A stretch of 64,000 bases of DNA from an uncultured Gammaproteobacteria bacterium (GCA_964511305.1 CAZEEU010000001.1:127214-191213), one strand, 5' to 3'. Counted from the stretch's first letter, positions 19,118 through 29,584 are shown. The notes: generated from the sequence alone by a model not told the origin. A program made the numbers and translations.

Positions 19118-20371
19118 CTACTTTTGCGTTTTGAGTAAGTAGAGTGAAATACAAAGAAGTCCACCTGTAACTATAATTGAGGAGTAAATGATTTGTCCAA
19201 AATCTGCATGGAATAAATAAATTAAGACTGATTGCAACACTGTTCCTACTAAGAGTATCCAGGCAAAATTTGTCTTTTTTATAGAGAGGAAATAATATCC
19301 AAATAACGAAAGAATCGAGTATAGAGTTATAAAAACACCAAATAGTGGAAGGTACTGACTTATTGCAAGGTACTCCTTATTTTTTAGGAAGAATAATATT
19401 GCAAAATTAGGAAATAAAGCATAAAAGCCAGTAATTGCCAAACATGCTGCACCAACAATCAAAATCGAAAGATATAGTACACCTTTGTAATTCTTTTTAG
19501 ATGCATATCTATTTATCAAAATAGGGAACATAACAGTACTTATGGGAGCGCTTATATAGAAAATTACACGACCAACCAGGGAGAGCCCCGCATATTGACC
19601 TGTTTGGTAGGCGCTGAACAAATGTTTTACCAACAAAATATCATTTGAAATAAAGGCATTTAAGCAAAATATTACAACAGCTGATGGTATACCAAATGAT
19701 ATAAGCTCTTTATAAGAAATGCTTGGTATATTGGCCGATTTGTAAAATATTACATTTCTTAAATAGTAAATCCCAAATATCAACAAAACTAGGCTGGATA
19801 CTACGTATCCCGATATAGCCCCGTACAACCCCCACCCCATAATTACCAGAATGAAAGCAGATCCAACTTTTACAAAAGCCGCAACAGTATTTGAAAAGGA
19901 TAAATACCTAAATGCAAGATTTGCTTGGGCAAAAGAGTTATTGAGGGTTGTTGCGTAAGAAATAAGAACACAAATAATTGCAATGAAAAATAACAGCGGG
20001 TTTTGAATGTTAAAGAATTCCTCTGCTTGTCTTGAAAAAATAAAGAACAATACTAAGAGCAAAATTCCTGAGATGGCAAGTGGCTTGAAAAGTTTTATGT
20101 AGAAAGCATGTAGATGACTCGTATTATTATTTGCAAAATAGTCACCTGCGGCACTAACTACAGTTGGAGTTACAGCCCCTGCAGGTATGGCAAGAAGTGT
20201 TATTAGGGAGACTATGCTTGTAAGAAGTCCATACTCCTCTACCATCAGGTTCCTACTCATTAGTAGGTTGAAAAGAAAATTAAAGAAATTTGCCAACAGA
20301 CCACCAGAAAAAAGGAAAAAGGATCCTGTAAAAAGAGGGTTTTTTAGGGCGTTTTTAATGTGCTTTTGCAT
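19118..20371 (-). CDS. Wzx/MOP-family oligosaccharide flippase
   Basis: ~12 hydrophobic segments, SRNL..EEYG, DILLVKHLF...TGQYA; start refined from 20404. Confidence 0.8.
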   Translation of the reverse strand: MQKHIKNALKNPLFTGSFFLFSGGLLANFFNFLFNLLMSRNLMVEEYGLLTSIVSLITLLAIPAGAVTPTVVSAAGDYFANNNTSHLHAFYIKLFKPLAISGILLLVLFFIFSRQAEEFFNIQNPLLFFIAIICVLISYATTLNNSFAQANLAFRYLSFSNTVAAFVKVGSAFILVIMGWGLYGAISGYVVSSLVLLIFGIYYLRNVIFYKSANIPSISYKELISFGIPSAVVIFCLNAFISNDILLVKHLFSAYQTGQYAGLSLVGRVIFYISAPISTVMFPILINRYASKKNYKGVLYLSILIVGAACLAITGFYALFPNFAILFFLKNKEYLAISQYLPLFGVFITLYSILSLFGYYFLSIKKTNFAWILLVGTVLQSVLIYLFHADFGQIIYSSIIVTGGLLCISLYLLKTQK

Positions 20372-21419
20372 ATAACTTTTCGTAGGCACTAACCGTACCT
20401 TCAATCATTTTCTTAATAGAAAATGATTTTGATTGCTCGAGTGCAGCTTCTGAATATTTTTCTCTCAAGGAGACATCTGAAGAAATGGTTTTCATTTTTA
20501 GTGCAATGTCATGATAGTCGTTTTGGTCTACGTAAATGCCAGCGCTCCCAGCAACCTCAGGTAAGCTACCACCATGTGAAACAATAACAGGTGCCCCGCA
20601 ACTCATTCCTTCAAGAACAGGCAGTCCAAAACCTTCATCTATTGAAGGCATGCATACTGCAAGTGCCATGTTATAAAGCAAGACCAAATCATCTTCCGGT
20701 ACAAAACCAGGCTTTATAAATAAATCAGAATTAGTTTCACTCACAACCCACGACCTATCGTTATTCCAAGGGTTTGAAGCATCAAAATCGGACACCAATG
20801 CTTTTCCTACCATAACAATAGGAATCTGAACCTCTTTTATTGCATCAACAAGTCTAGGCAAATTTTTGTTCCAGGTTACATCCCCTACATACAAAAAGAA
20901 TTTTTCAGGCAAATTATATTTCTTGGCGATAGTAAGTCGTTCTGATGCTGATATTTTTTCCTTTCGGAAGCTATCTCCAACTCCTAAAAGAACGCTCTCA
21001 ACCTGATGTCCCTTAACCCCAACAAATTTTATAATATTTTTCTTTGAAGCTTCAGAATCAGCGAGAATAAGATCTGATTGTTTTAAAATCCTTCTATTAA
21101 CTTGCCATGAGATATTGCCTTTAATACCAGCAGGAAAATGTTCAGGGTATGATATTGGAATAAGATCGTGCACAGTAATTACTGTTTTTTTCTTTTTGAA
21201 AATAGGAAATGTTACAAAAAAGGGATCAAGGTACGGATAGTGCACTATATCTGCCTCTTTGCTGTCCTCCTGTATATTAGAACTGAAGATATAGTCATTC
21301 TTTCTGTCATATTTCTCAAGATTATCTTTTAGAAGGCCTATATACATTCCTACACCACGAACTTTATGCTGACTTTTTGTCTGAGAACTAATCGGGGAAA
21401 CATCTACAGCAATTTTCAT
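20355..21419 (-). CDS. GT4 glycosyltransferase (mannosyltransferase-like)
   Basis: RGVGMY, TVHDLIP, KNLPRL, EGFGLPVLEGM, SLPEVAG. Confidence 0.9.
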   Translation of the reverse strand: MKIAVDVSPISSQTKSQHKVRGVGMYIGLLKDNLEKYDRKNDYIFSSNIQEDSKEADIVHYPYLDPFFVTFPIFKKKKTVITVHDLIPISYPEHFPAGIKGNISWQVNRRILKQSDLILADSEASKKNIIKFVGVKGHQVESVLLGVGDSFRKEKISASERLTIAKKYNLPEKFFLYVGDVTWNKNLPRLVDAIKEVQIPIVMVGKALVSDFDASNPWNNDRSWVVSETNSDLFIKPGFVPEDDLVLLYNMALAVCMPSIDEGFGLPVLEGMSCGAPVIVSHGGSLPEVAGSAGIYVDQNDYHDIALKMKTISSDVSLREKYSEAALEQSKSFSIKKMIEGTVSAYEKLYAKAH

Positions 21420-21420
21420 A

Positions 21421-21455
21421 TAAATCTAAAAATAAAAACTTAAAACAAAAAACTA
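21421..21455. repeat. A-rich ~7-nt-period repeat (TAAAAAC-like), left flank of the four-helix-bundle gene
   Basis: TAAATC TAAAAA TAAAAAC TTAAAAC AAAAAAC TA. Confidence 0.5.
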
Positions 21456-21818
21456 TATTACTTTATTTTTCCAATACTTAAGTAAACCGATCAATTGTCT
21501 ACTTACCTCTATAGTTTTATCATGAACTGATGTGTAAGTATTTTCGTCAATATAATTGAGGTCCTTTGAAAGTAAAAGATGATACTTTGTTTCTTCAAGA
21601 GATCCATTTGCGATATAAAGAAATTCGATAAATTCTTTTCTGTGACCTCTCGAATTTCCCTCAATTATATTTGTTGTAACCGATGAGGCTGATCTTCTTA
21701 TTTGACTTACCAAACCAAACCTCTCATCGATAGGAAACATGGAGGAAACTTTGTATACATCCAGGACGAGTTCATGTGCAACTTTAAATATTGGGAGTGT
21801 TGTAAATTTATCAACCAT
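21453..21818 (-). CDS. Four helix bundle protein (23S rRNA IVP / Avd-like family)
   Basis: FPIDERFGLVSQIRRSASSVTTNIIEG, FLYIANGSLEETKYHL. Confidence 0.92.
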   Translation of the reverse strand: MVDKFTTLPIFKVAHELVLDVYKVSSMFPIDERFGLVSQIRRSASSVTTNIIEGNSRGHRKEFIEFLYIANGSLEETKYHLLLSKDLNYIDENTYTSVHDKTIEVSRQLIGLLKYWKNKVI

Positions 21819-21824
21819 GCGTGG

Positions 21825-21853
21825 ACTTTTTAGTTTTTAGTTATCTGTTTTAT
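21825..21853. repeat. T-rich ~7-nt-period repeat, inverted relative to 21421-21455
   Basis: Reverse complement reads ATAAAAC AGATAAC TAAAAAC TAAAAAG T. Confidence 0.5.
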
Positions 21854-22820
21854 TGCTCTTGCTGTGCCAAGCGTATGCACTCCTCACAATCGTTGAAAGA
21901 TCTGAATATCGAGGCTCAAAATGTAATTCATTTGTAATGCGACTTACATCAGCAACCAGAGTGTCAGCGTCTCCCGGTCTTCTCTCCTCATATCTAACTT
22001 TCAACTCAAGGCCGGTTACATCCTGAATTGTTTGTGCGATTTCTTTATTGCTTTTGCCCCTTCCCGTTCCAACATTGTACGTATACCCTCCCGGGTTCTC
22101 TATGATTTTTTGAAGCGCTAAGACATGGGCTTCAACAAGATCTAATACGTGGATATAATCTCTTACACAGGTACCGTCTGGTGTGCTGTAATCATTTCCA
22201 TATATAACAAACTCTTTTCCTTCGCGCGCAGACTTAAGCGCAATAGGAATTATATGCGTTTCGGGCATATGTTCTTCTCCAAGACTCCCATCCATCATAG
22301 CTCCACAAGCATTAAAGTACCGAAGAACAGCATAGTTAAGCCCGTATATCGTTTTATGCCAAAAAAGCATCCGCTCAACCATCAATTTGCTCTCACCATA
22401 TGGGTTTGTAGGAACCTTTCGATCATCCTCTTGTATAGGTACCCGCTCTGGGTTACCGTAAACTCCTGCTGTTGATGAGAAAATGATATTCTTTACGCCA
22501 ATTTCATGTAGGCTATCGAGGAACATTTGTGTTTGGTGAGTATTTTGTTCAAAATAAAGTCCAGGATTTTCCATGGATTCCTTCATTGATATGTAGGCTG
22601 CAAAATGAATTACAGCTTCAAATTTATTTTCGGATGAAATTTTAGAAAGTAATTCTCGATCTCCTACCTTACCTCGGTAAAACGGTACATTCTCAGGAAC
22701 TACATGTTCATTTCCGCGCTCCAAGCTATCAAGAACAATTGGTTCGTATCCTTTTTCTAAAAGAGCACGAACCATAAAACTGCCTATATATCCTGCTCCA
22801 CCTGTAACTAATATTTTCAT
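21837..22820 (-). CDS. galE: UDP-glucose 4-epimerase
   Basis: TGGAGYIGS, HFAA, FSSTAGVYG, YGESK, LRYFNACGA, DGTCVRDYIHVLDL, RRPGD. Confidence 0.93.
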   Translation of the reverse strand: MKILVTGGAGYIGSFMVRALLEKGYEPIVLDSLERGNEHVVPENVPFYRGKVGDRELLSKISSENKFEAVIHFAAYISMKESMENPGLYFEQNTHQTQMFLDSLHEIGVKNIIFSSTAGVYGNPERVPIQEDDRKVPTNPYGESKLMVERMLFWHKTIYGLNYAVLRYFNACGAMMDGSLGEEHMPETHIIPIALKSAREGKEFVIYGNDYSTPDGTCVRDYIHVLDLVEAHVLALQKIIENPGGYTYNVGTGRGKSNKEIAQTIQDVTGLELKVRYEERRPGDADTLVADVSRITNELHFEPRYSDLSTIVRSAYAWHSKSNKTDN

Positions 22821-22826
22821 ATATCT

Positions 22827-22835
22827 ATTCTACCA
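22827..22835 (-). promoter_or_regulatory. Extended -10 box, candidate leaderless promoter of galE
   Basis: TGGTAGAAT followed by 6 nt and then ATG. Confidence 0.55.
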
Positions 22836-22837
22836 AT

Positions 22838-24376
22838 TTATGGCTGCTCATTGAACCACCATCTTGTCGTTGTATCAGAAATTAGCCTCAAGGAATGTTT
22901 TTGCCAGTGCATCGCGCTTATAGAAGCACTACTGTGACTTGAGAGGTCTATCATATCAGTCCCGTTTATTCGAGTGAAATTCGCCTGCTTTATTTCAAAA
23001 TCAGGAACATGGCGCACGCCAGTTGGGTAGCAATTCTCATTTTCAAAACCTACCGGTCGTCCTTTATCTGAGAGCAATTTATGGCTATCCAGTAGAAAAA
23101 GGATCGAATGAGACTCTGAAGAGTAATACGTATTGCCTGGTCCAGGGCAAAGGAATAACTTAAATTTTTCGTTAGGGTACTGAGCAATTAGATGCTGTTC
23201 TGTCTCATACATTTGTACAGTAAATTTATCCTTTGTTAGGAGGGGAATTATTCTAGGAATATTAAAAATTAAAAGCGTAACAACAACTAGCAACAGATAT
23301 AGTTTTTTTATAGTACCTTTCTTGACTAACTGATAAAAATAGAAAATGACGTATCCTTCAAATATTAATATAAAAGGCCTAATATAGTTAAGGTAACCAA
23401 AGAATCGCTCACCCCAGTAGTATCTTAGAAGAATAAAGTTAAATACAAAAGCTATTACCAATACCAACAACTCTTTTGATACTTTTCGCTTATATATGCT
23501 GTATCCAAAAATCCCTCCAAAAATAATCATTACAATTGCGCCAACCAACCCAGGAATGCCTGTTACTTCTTCTATGTATGAAGGCCAAAAATCTCGTACG
23601 TAAAATAGCCACCTGTTGGGGACATAAATTAACTTTTTCCCTTCCGTGTAGTAATACAAAATATTTCTAAAATTAAACCAATGATTATTTAAATCGAAAA
23701 AGATCATGGGCAAGAAAGTTACAAACAGGCCAGCTCCTATACATAGAATGTTAATGTACCTTTTCGGCTTAAAGACTAATAACAATAAAGGAAGGATCAT
23801 AAGACCCATCATTTGATAGTGAATATTTATTGCTATACCTAACGAGGCCCCAAGAGCAAACCCCCACCAATATGAATGATTTTTACGAATAAGCTTAATA
23901 AATATATAGATGGAAAGAAAAGCAAAAAGATTTGATAGATTAGGATTTGTTAAATGAGTTCCTGAAAGAATAAGGGATGCTGATATTGCTCCCAAAAAGG
24001 CAAGTATTATTCCAAACTTTTTGTCAAAAAACTCTCCTATTTTGTAGAGCAGAAAAATGCATAAAACCGATGCGATGCTTAAATAAATCCACGGAGCATA
24101 AGGCACTTGAAAAACTATTCTTGCCAAAGCAAGTTGGTAGTAATACCAAGGGCCAAAAGTAAAGGGACCTGCGGAAGAGAATGGCCCAACAAGGGGAAGC
24201 TGCAGGTCTCGCGCACCAATGGTCGCAACAGCGGCATCCCTAATCGGTTCATCACTTAAGTTATACCTGAACGGATAGTTATAAAATCTTAAAATAAGTG
24301 CTACTACTATAAATAATGATAGACAATACTTCTCCCAGTTTTTCAAAATATGAATTCGCACTTTTTGAATATTCAT
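22838..24376 (-). CDS. ArnT/PMT-like GT-C glycosyltransferase
   Basis: LRFY..SDEPIRD, LPLVGP, GPWYYY; start set at the ATGA overlap (ORF track 24454). Confidence 0.8.
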   Translation of the reverse strand: MNIQKVRIHILKNWEKYCLSLFIVVALILRFYNYPFRYNLSDEPIRDAAVATIGARDLQLPLVGPFSSAGPFTFGPWYYYQLALARIVFQVPYAPWIYLSIASVLCIFLLYKIGEFFDKKFGIILAFLGAISASLILSGTHLTNPNLSNLFAFLSIYIFIKLIRKNHSYWWGFALGASLGIAINIHYQMMGLMILPLLLLVFKPKRYINILCIGAGLFVTFLPMIFFDLNNHWFNFRNILYYYTEGKKLIYVPNRWLFYVRDFWPSYIEEVTGIPGLVGAIVMIIFGGIFGYSIYKRKVSKELLVLVIAFVFNFILLRYYWGERFFGYLNYIRPFILIFEGYVIFYFYQLVKKGTIKKLYLLLVVVTLLIFNIPRIIPLLTKDKFTVQMYETEQHLIAQYPNEKFKLFLCPGPGNTYYSSESHSILFLLDSHKLLSDKGRPVGFENENCYPTGVRHVPDFEIKQANFTRINGTDMIDLSSHSSASISAMHWQKHSLRLISDTTTRWWFNEQP

Positions 24377-25146
24377 ATTTTTTTCCCTAAATATAGGTAA
24401 TAAGAAACAGGAAATCTGAGAGCAGACATTAAAGCAAAAACAAATCCTTGCCATCCATCCATAAAACCCTTGTGACGCCCGTATGCTGTAAGCATCCAGT
24501 GTGCCGGTTTTGCTAAGACATATCCAACACCTAGAACAAATTGCTGTAAGACATTTTTTCCCTTCATATCATCTTTAATCTGTTGAGCCAAAAGATGGTT
24601 ATATCTCATCCATTTTTTACGATAAAATGCAAAGTCTTTATAGGGGTAATGCAGCAAAGCCTCCTTTAAGTATCCGACTTTTCCTTCTATCACTGCCTGC
24701 TCGTGCACATCTTTTTGAGGCAAATGTCCTCTGCCATTTCGATATAGCCTAACAGTATAGTCAGGATATTGCCCCCCCTTCAACAAAAATCTTCCAAGGA
24801 AATAATTTTTCCGGGGCATCCAAAAGCCATTCTCCTCTGGGTCTTTTGAAATAATCTTTTTTATTTCCGAAGAAAGCTCTTCGGAAACTACTTCGTCAGC
24901 ATCCATTTGTAATATCCAGTCTCCAGTTGCTCGATCAATGGCCTTCTGCTTGTTGATGTGAAAATTTGTAGGATTGGTTGTAACAAGCACCTTTGCACCA
25001 AATGCCTTAGCAATTTCAACCGTTTTATCTTTAGATGTTCCATCCACTATCACTATTTCAGAAGCTAAAGATTTGACTGATTCTAAGCATCTTGGAAGAT
25101 TCTCTTCTTCGTTATATGTCGCCAAAACAACAGAAATTTTTTTCAT
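24373..25146 (-). CDS. GT2, KdtX/WaaE-like beta-glycosyltransferase family
   Basis: TYNEE, WILQMDADE, PRKNYFLG, YPDY, VHE, GFMDG. Confidence 0.88.
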   Translation of the reverse strand: MKKISVVLATYNEEENLPRCLESVKSLASEIVIVDGTSKDKTVEIAKAFGAKVLVTTNPTNFHINKQKAIDRATGDWILQMDADEVVSEELSSEIKKIISKDPEENGFWMPRKNYFLGRFLLKGGQYPDYTVRLYRNGRGHLPQKDVHEQAVIEGKVGYLKEALLHYPYKDFAFYRKKWMRYNHLLAQQIKDDMKGKNVLQQFVLGVGYVLAKPAHWMLTAYGRHKGFMDGWQGFVFALMSALRFPVSYYLYLGKKI

Positions 25147-25170
25147 GTATTAAATTTATCTTATCACGTA

Positions 25171-26814
25171 TTACCTCTCAACTACCTCAATAACCCTATC
25201 ACCATTGAGATTTTTAATTTCTTTAAGTATATTCCCTTTTTTGTATTCAGTAGGGTCAATCACCATAAGGATCCCATCTACTTTTACTTCTTGTGGATTA
25301 GTAAAAGATATATTGTTGATTAGATGATCATAATTAAGCCAACCCGATACAGAGCCTCCATTTTTTTGATATGTGACAGGATCGTATTTTTTATAAAAGA
25401 GATAGAACATGTAGCTTGCTGTGAGGTATCCTCGATTTGAGATTATTATTTTTTTCTGTTTGTTTTTTAAAGAATCCAAATACTCAAAAGACTGAATAAC
25501 TCCATATTGAAATTGGCTAGAATACTTCTGCGGAAAAACATTGAAATACGAAAGATAAAATTGGGAAATACTGATTGTAAAAATCAGGCATACAAAAGAT
25601 GCTAAGCCCACAATGAATGCTTTGTTTTTCTTTTTATATTGCTTTATAAGTCCAAGACTAGTACCTGATAGAAGAGATAGTACTCCAATTGTTGCAAATG
25701 AACGCATAGGCTGAGGTGCACCTGTCGTTAGGGCGCTAGGAAGAATACCTATCACATACCATGCAAAAAGGAACGTAAGCCATTTCCACTTTCTCTTTAA
25801 AACAAAAAAAGTGATCCCTCCAATCAGCAAAGGCAGCTCCATCAAATACATAAGTCCAAATCCAGGTATTCGAAACTGCCCATTCTCAGCACTTTTATAT
25901 AAAAATTCAAAAGTAAAATGGGAAAGAAAAGATTGAATGAAAATTACAATTGGCACTACGTTCCTGTTATATAAAATGATATTTACATAATCACTATTCT
26001 TTTTGTACTCAATTAATTTTTGAGCATTTTGATACCCTACTTCGAACGGAATATTAAAAACATTAGTTGCCTTAAATCGAAGCATTGCTTCCGGCTGAAG
26101 CGAGACCAATAAAATTGGCGAAATGACAGCAAGACCAACAAGTGATGCTACTAAAAATTTCTTCCAGTTATTCTTTACTAGTTTAAAATAACAGACGAAT
26201 AAAAGTATGAGAAATAATGGTATAAAAATTTTGCCACTTTGATACGCGTCAAATGAAAGAGCTAGAAATAATGATGACAGAACTAATTGCACCATGCTAA
26301 CTTGCTTTTTTTTAATCGAATTAAGAAAAAGGCCTAGACCAATGATAAAAAAAGATTGAAAGGCGTTAACTTCGTGACCAAGACGAGAAATATAGATATG
26401 CCATGGAGATATAGCCAATAGGAAAACAGGCATCAATGAAAGTGCTTCTGGCTTTGATACGCCAACTTCTTTAAAAATTCTTCGGGACGCAATATAGAAA
26501 AACAAAAGCGAAACAGTGGAAAGAATAACTGAAGGCATCCTCACAGCAGCTACAGTTAAATCTAACATCCACACAAATGGTATTACTAAATACACGTATA
26601 GTGCTGGCCTATAATCGTCGTATGCTCTTAATAATATTGGCCAACGATTGCCGAATTCATCTTTTCCCGTATGTAAAATCGAATAAGCATTATATCCAAT
26701 GGTTGCTTCGTCAAGAGATGGATGGGGAGGAATAGAATCAATTCTGTATACTCTCAGGAAAAGTCCAAAGAGAATAATAAAACATAGGAAAAAAATAACT
26801 GTTCTTTTATACAT
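25171..26814 (-). CDS. ArnT/PMT-like GT-C (DE-x3-GYNA subfamily)
   Basis: DEATIGYNAYSILHTGKDEFG, DDYRPALY, AVRMPS, SPWHIYISR. Confidence 0.85.
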   Translation of the reverse strand: MYKRTVIFFLCFIILFGLFLRVYRIDSIPPHPSLDEATIGYNAYSILHTGKDEFGNRWPILLRAYDDYRPALYVYLVIPFVWMLDLTVAAVRMPSVILSTVSLLFFYIASRRIFKEVGVSKPEALSLMPVFLLAISPWHIYISRLGHEVNAFQSFFIIGLGLFLNSIKKKQVSMVQLVLSSLFLALSFDAYQSGKIFIPLFLILLFVCYFKLVKNNWKKFLVASLVGLAVISPILLVSLQPEAMLRFKATNVFNIPFEVGYQNAQKLIEYKKNSDYVNIILYNRNVVPIVIFIQSFLSHFTFEFLYKSAENGQFRIPGFGLMYLMELPLLIGGITFFVLKRKWKWLTFLFAWYVIGILPSALTTGAPQPMRSFATIGVLSLLSGTSLGLIKQYKKKNKAFIVGLASFVCLIFTISISQFYLSYFNVFPQKYSSQFQYGVIQSFEYLDSLKNKQKKIIISNRGYLTASYMFYLFYKKYDPVTYQKNGGSVSGWLNYDHLINNISFTNPQEVKVDGILMVIDPTEYKKGNILKEIKNLNGDRVIEVVER

Positions 26815-28089
26815 TTAATGCTTTAACGTTGTATATAAATAATACAAATACGATTGGGGATCACCCTGAACAAATTCAATTTTTTCACCTTTTGCCATTT
26901 TATCTTTAACTATTTTTTTATGCATTGACAAACTTTGTGGCCCTTGATCGATAAAAATGATAGTGTTTATGTAAATATAGTAAATTCCAACAATTCCTAA
27001 AAGACAATACACATAGATTTTCTTTGTATTTATCAATCGAAGAATGATGTAAGAAAATATTAAAATCGCAATTGGCCTAGTAATGGCAAAGTAATAATTA
27101 GTCAACTCTCCTGAATATGTTGAGAATGCAAACCATGGAACAACAATCCATATGAGTGATAAATAAAGGAACAATACATTTTTTCTCTCAATTTTCCCTT
27201 TCAAAAATAAATAGACTGCAATTGGAATAGATGCAAAAGAAACAAAATGAGCATAAGGTATAGTCAAAATCGAATTGAATTCTATAACCGCGTCTTTTAT
27301 TAACTGAGCAACACGCCTAAGATGAAATCCATGAAACGTACTTCCTAAATATGTAGTTGCAGTAGCTGCCTGCTTCGTCAAAATGTAGTTGAGAATGATT
27401 GGAAATACGAAGAAGATAAAAATTGGAACTGATATAAGAAATGGTTTTAACAATTTTTTTGTCCTTGGAAAAAAAGGCAATGCAAGTAAGATTAAAAGTC
27501 CATAAAAGACAGAGGTAAAGTGAATATGTAGCGAAAAACCGACAGACGCCGCTAAAAGAATTAAGTATTTTGGCTTATTGTTGAGAATTTGATATAGACT
27601 AAAAAGCACAAGAAAAGAAATCGGAACTATAAAATCAACTGGCCACTGGACCCGATCAAGAATCAATATATATGATGAAAAGGTATTAATAAAAATTGCT
27701 ATAAGTGCAGCCTTTTCTCCAAACATACTTTTGGTCACAAAATATACAACAAAGAATGTGAAGATAGAGACAACCAAGGCTGCTATTGGAGAAGCGATTG
27801 GGTCCATTGCTGTTACGAAATAAAATGGGGCAAGAAAGTAATAATAATATGGTCCAATATAAAATCCTGTGTTACCCTTTGCCTGCATTCCTACAAGAGG
27901 CAGCTTCCCATCTATTAAAATGTCTTTTGCTGCCCATGCATTATCTACTTGGTCATACCCAAATCCGCTTTTAGTTTCGGGCATGATAAATCTTGTAACA
28001 ATAAGCACTAAAAAAAGAACACAAAATAATAAAAGGTATAACTTACTTGAAAAATATTTTTTGATTAATTTATTGGCTTTCTTTTTCAT
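26815..28089 (-). CDS. ArnT/PMT-like GT-C glycosyltransferase
   Basis: GYDQVDN, LPLVG, GPYYYY, LHIH. Confidence 0.78.
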   Translation of the reverse strand: MKKKANKLIKKYFSSKLYLLLFCVLFLVLIVTRFIMPETKSGFGYDQVDNAWAAKDILIDGKLPLVGMQAKGNTGFYIGPYYYYFLAPFYFVTAMDPIASPIAALVVSIFTFFVVYFVTKSMFGEKAALIAIFINTFSSYILILDRVQWPVDFIVPISFLVLFSLYQILNNKPKYLILLAASVGFSLHIHFTSVFYGLLILLALPFFPRTKKLLKPFLISVPIFIFFVFPIILNYILTKQAATATTYLGSTFHGFHLRRVAQLIKDAVIEFNSILTIPYAHFVSFASIPIAVYLFLKGKIERKNVLFLYLSLIWIVVPWFAFSTYSGELTNYYFAITRPIAILIFSYIILRLINTKKIYVYCLLGIVGIYYIYINTIIFIDQGPQSLSMHKKIVKDKMAKGEKIEFVQGDPQSYLYYLYTTLKH

Positions 28090-29584
28090 AGGATCTTTTT
28101 TGGATAATTACACCACTGGGCCTTTTAATAGTACTCACTACTTTACCATCTTTTATCACAGTCTGAAGCCAACCCTCATATGACCATGGCTTGTAAGGGT
28201 CAACTTCTATTATAAGATATGTTACTTTCTTCTTTTCATATGGCGGTATGTACCCATACTTTTGTTTTCCTCTCCAATAAAATAGGTAGTCGTATGGATA
28301 TGTATATACAGGCGGGTTAAATATGAGCACTCCAAAGTCTTTTGACTTAGCATCCTTATATACATAGTCAACCGCATCAAGCTTACCCTTTATTTTTGCG
28401 TCTCCTCCGTAGTCAGCTATGTCATAGGTAATCATTTTGAAAAACTTTGGAACAGATAGCAGCACGCTCACTGTTAGCAGTAAAACAAATGGTAGTAATG
28501 CGTACTGACGAATTATAGTTTTTAGTTTGATTTTTTGAAGTATAAAAACGAAAAGAATATTGTAAGCAACAACCAGGTGAAATAAATAATATTGATAAAC
28601 TGTATTTCTGAGCATGAATAACGATAGGAATGTTACTAAAGGCAACAATAGTAAATAAATAATGAATGAATCAACTTTTTTGTTTTTATATAACGAGTAC
28701 ATAAGTGCAATCAAAAATGTAGTCAAAAATAAAAGAGCTGGGATGTTGTCATGAAAAGGGAGCGAATCAACAACATTAAAAAGAAAACTTCCTAAATGGT
28801 CAATTTGATAGGTTAGGATATTGGCACTTTCATTTCTTCCAGGTGTTTTTATATATGAAATTACCCCATGAATAGCCATAAAATTATGCTTAATCTCAAA
28901 AATGATCATAGGAAGTGCTGCTGTAATAAATCCCGAAAATATTAAAGCGTAGTACTTTACAGATTTCTCTTTAAGAACAAGAATCGAATAAACCAGAAGA
29001 GTAATTACTAGAGGCACTGCAATTGCAAATTCGAAATGATAAACAAGAGCTGAGAAAAATGCAGATAAAAATACCCAAATCTTTTTTTCACGAATTCTTA
29101 CAATACAATAAAATGCAATCAAAGAAAAAAGGGTTGAAGGATACGGACTCCAAATAAACCTTGATTGTGCAATGAGTGGCGGTGAAATTGCCAACAATGA
29201 AGTAAGAACTATGGCCCAGTTAGTCGTAAATAATCTTTTCCCAAGAAGAAATGACACTCCCAGAGCACATAGCCCAAAGAAAAACATCAGAACAACACCC
29301 CCATATGGATCTCCACGAAAAAGAACATATGGTATGGCCAGCAAATAATAATAAAGAGGTCCATGGAATATACCTTGAAAACCGGCCGAGCCGGCACCCA
29401 GTGGCGTGCCTATGAGGCGTAGATCGTGATAATCAACTATATCCCTTGTCATCAAGTACTCTCGTCCGTGATCAAATCCAAATATATAATTACCGTTTAA
29501 AATTTCTATTCCACGACTTAATATGCCAATTGTTAGGCATACTGCAAAAAAAGCAACTAAAGCTATTTTTTTAAAGTTCTTCAT
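28070..29584 (-). CDS. ArnT/PMT-like GT-C glycosyltransferase
   Basis: FDHGRE, LIG, HGPLYYYL, SRFIWSP. Confidence 0.78.
   Translation of the reverse strand: MKNFKKIALVAFFAVCLTIGILSRGIEILNGNYIFGFDHGREYLMTRDIVDYHDLRLIGTPLGAGSAGFQGIFHGPLYYYLLAIPYVLFRGDPYGGVVLMFFFGLCALGVSFLLGKRLFTTNWAIVLTSLLAISPPLIAQSRFIWSPYPSTLFSLIAFYCIVRIREKKIWVFLSAFFSALVYHFEFAIAVPLVITLLVYSILVLKEKSVKYYALIFSGFITAALPMIIFEIKHNFMAIHGVISYIKTPGRNESANILTYQIDHLGSFLFNVVDSLPFHDNIPALLFLTTFLIALMYSLYKNKKVDSFIIYLLLLPLVTFLSLFMLRNTVYQYYLFHLVVAYNILFVFILQKIKLKTIIRQYALLPFVLLLTVSVLLSVPKFFKMITYDIADYGGDAKIKGKLDAVDYVYKDAKSKDFGVLIFNPPVYTYPYDYLFYWRGKQKYGYIPPYEKKKVTYLIIEVDPYKPWSYEGWLQTVIKDGKVVSTIKRPSGVIIQKRSYEKESQ

Noticed and set aside
21453-21818. 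Diversity-generating retroelement or 23S rRNA intervening sequence
   Set aside because: The protein is Avd/IVP-like, but no reverse transcriptase, TR/VR repeat pair or rRNA sequence is visible in the window.
24772-24778. C7 homopolymer as a phase-variation tract in a GT2
   Set aside because: Short, the frame is intact, and it encodes a family-typical KGG; A/T runs elsewhere are expected in AT-rich DNA.
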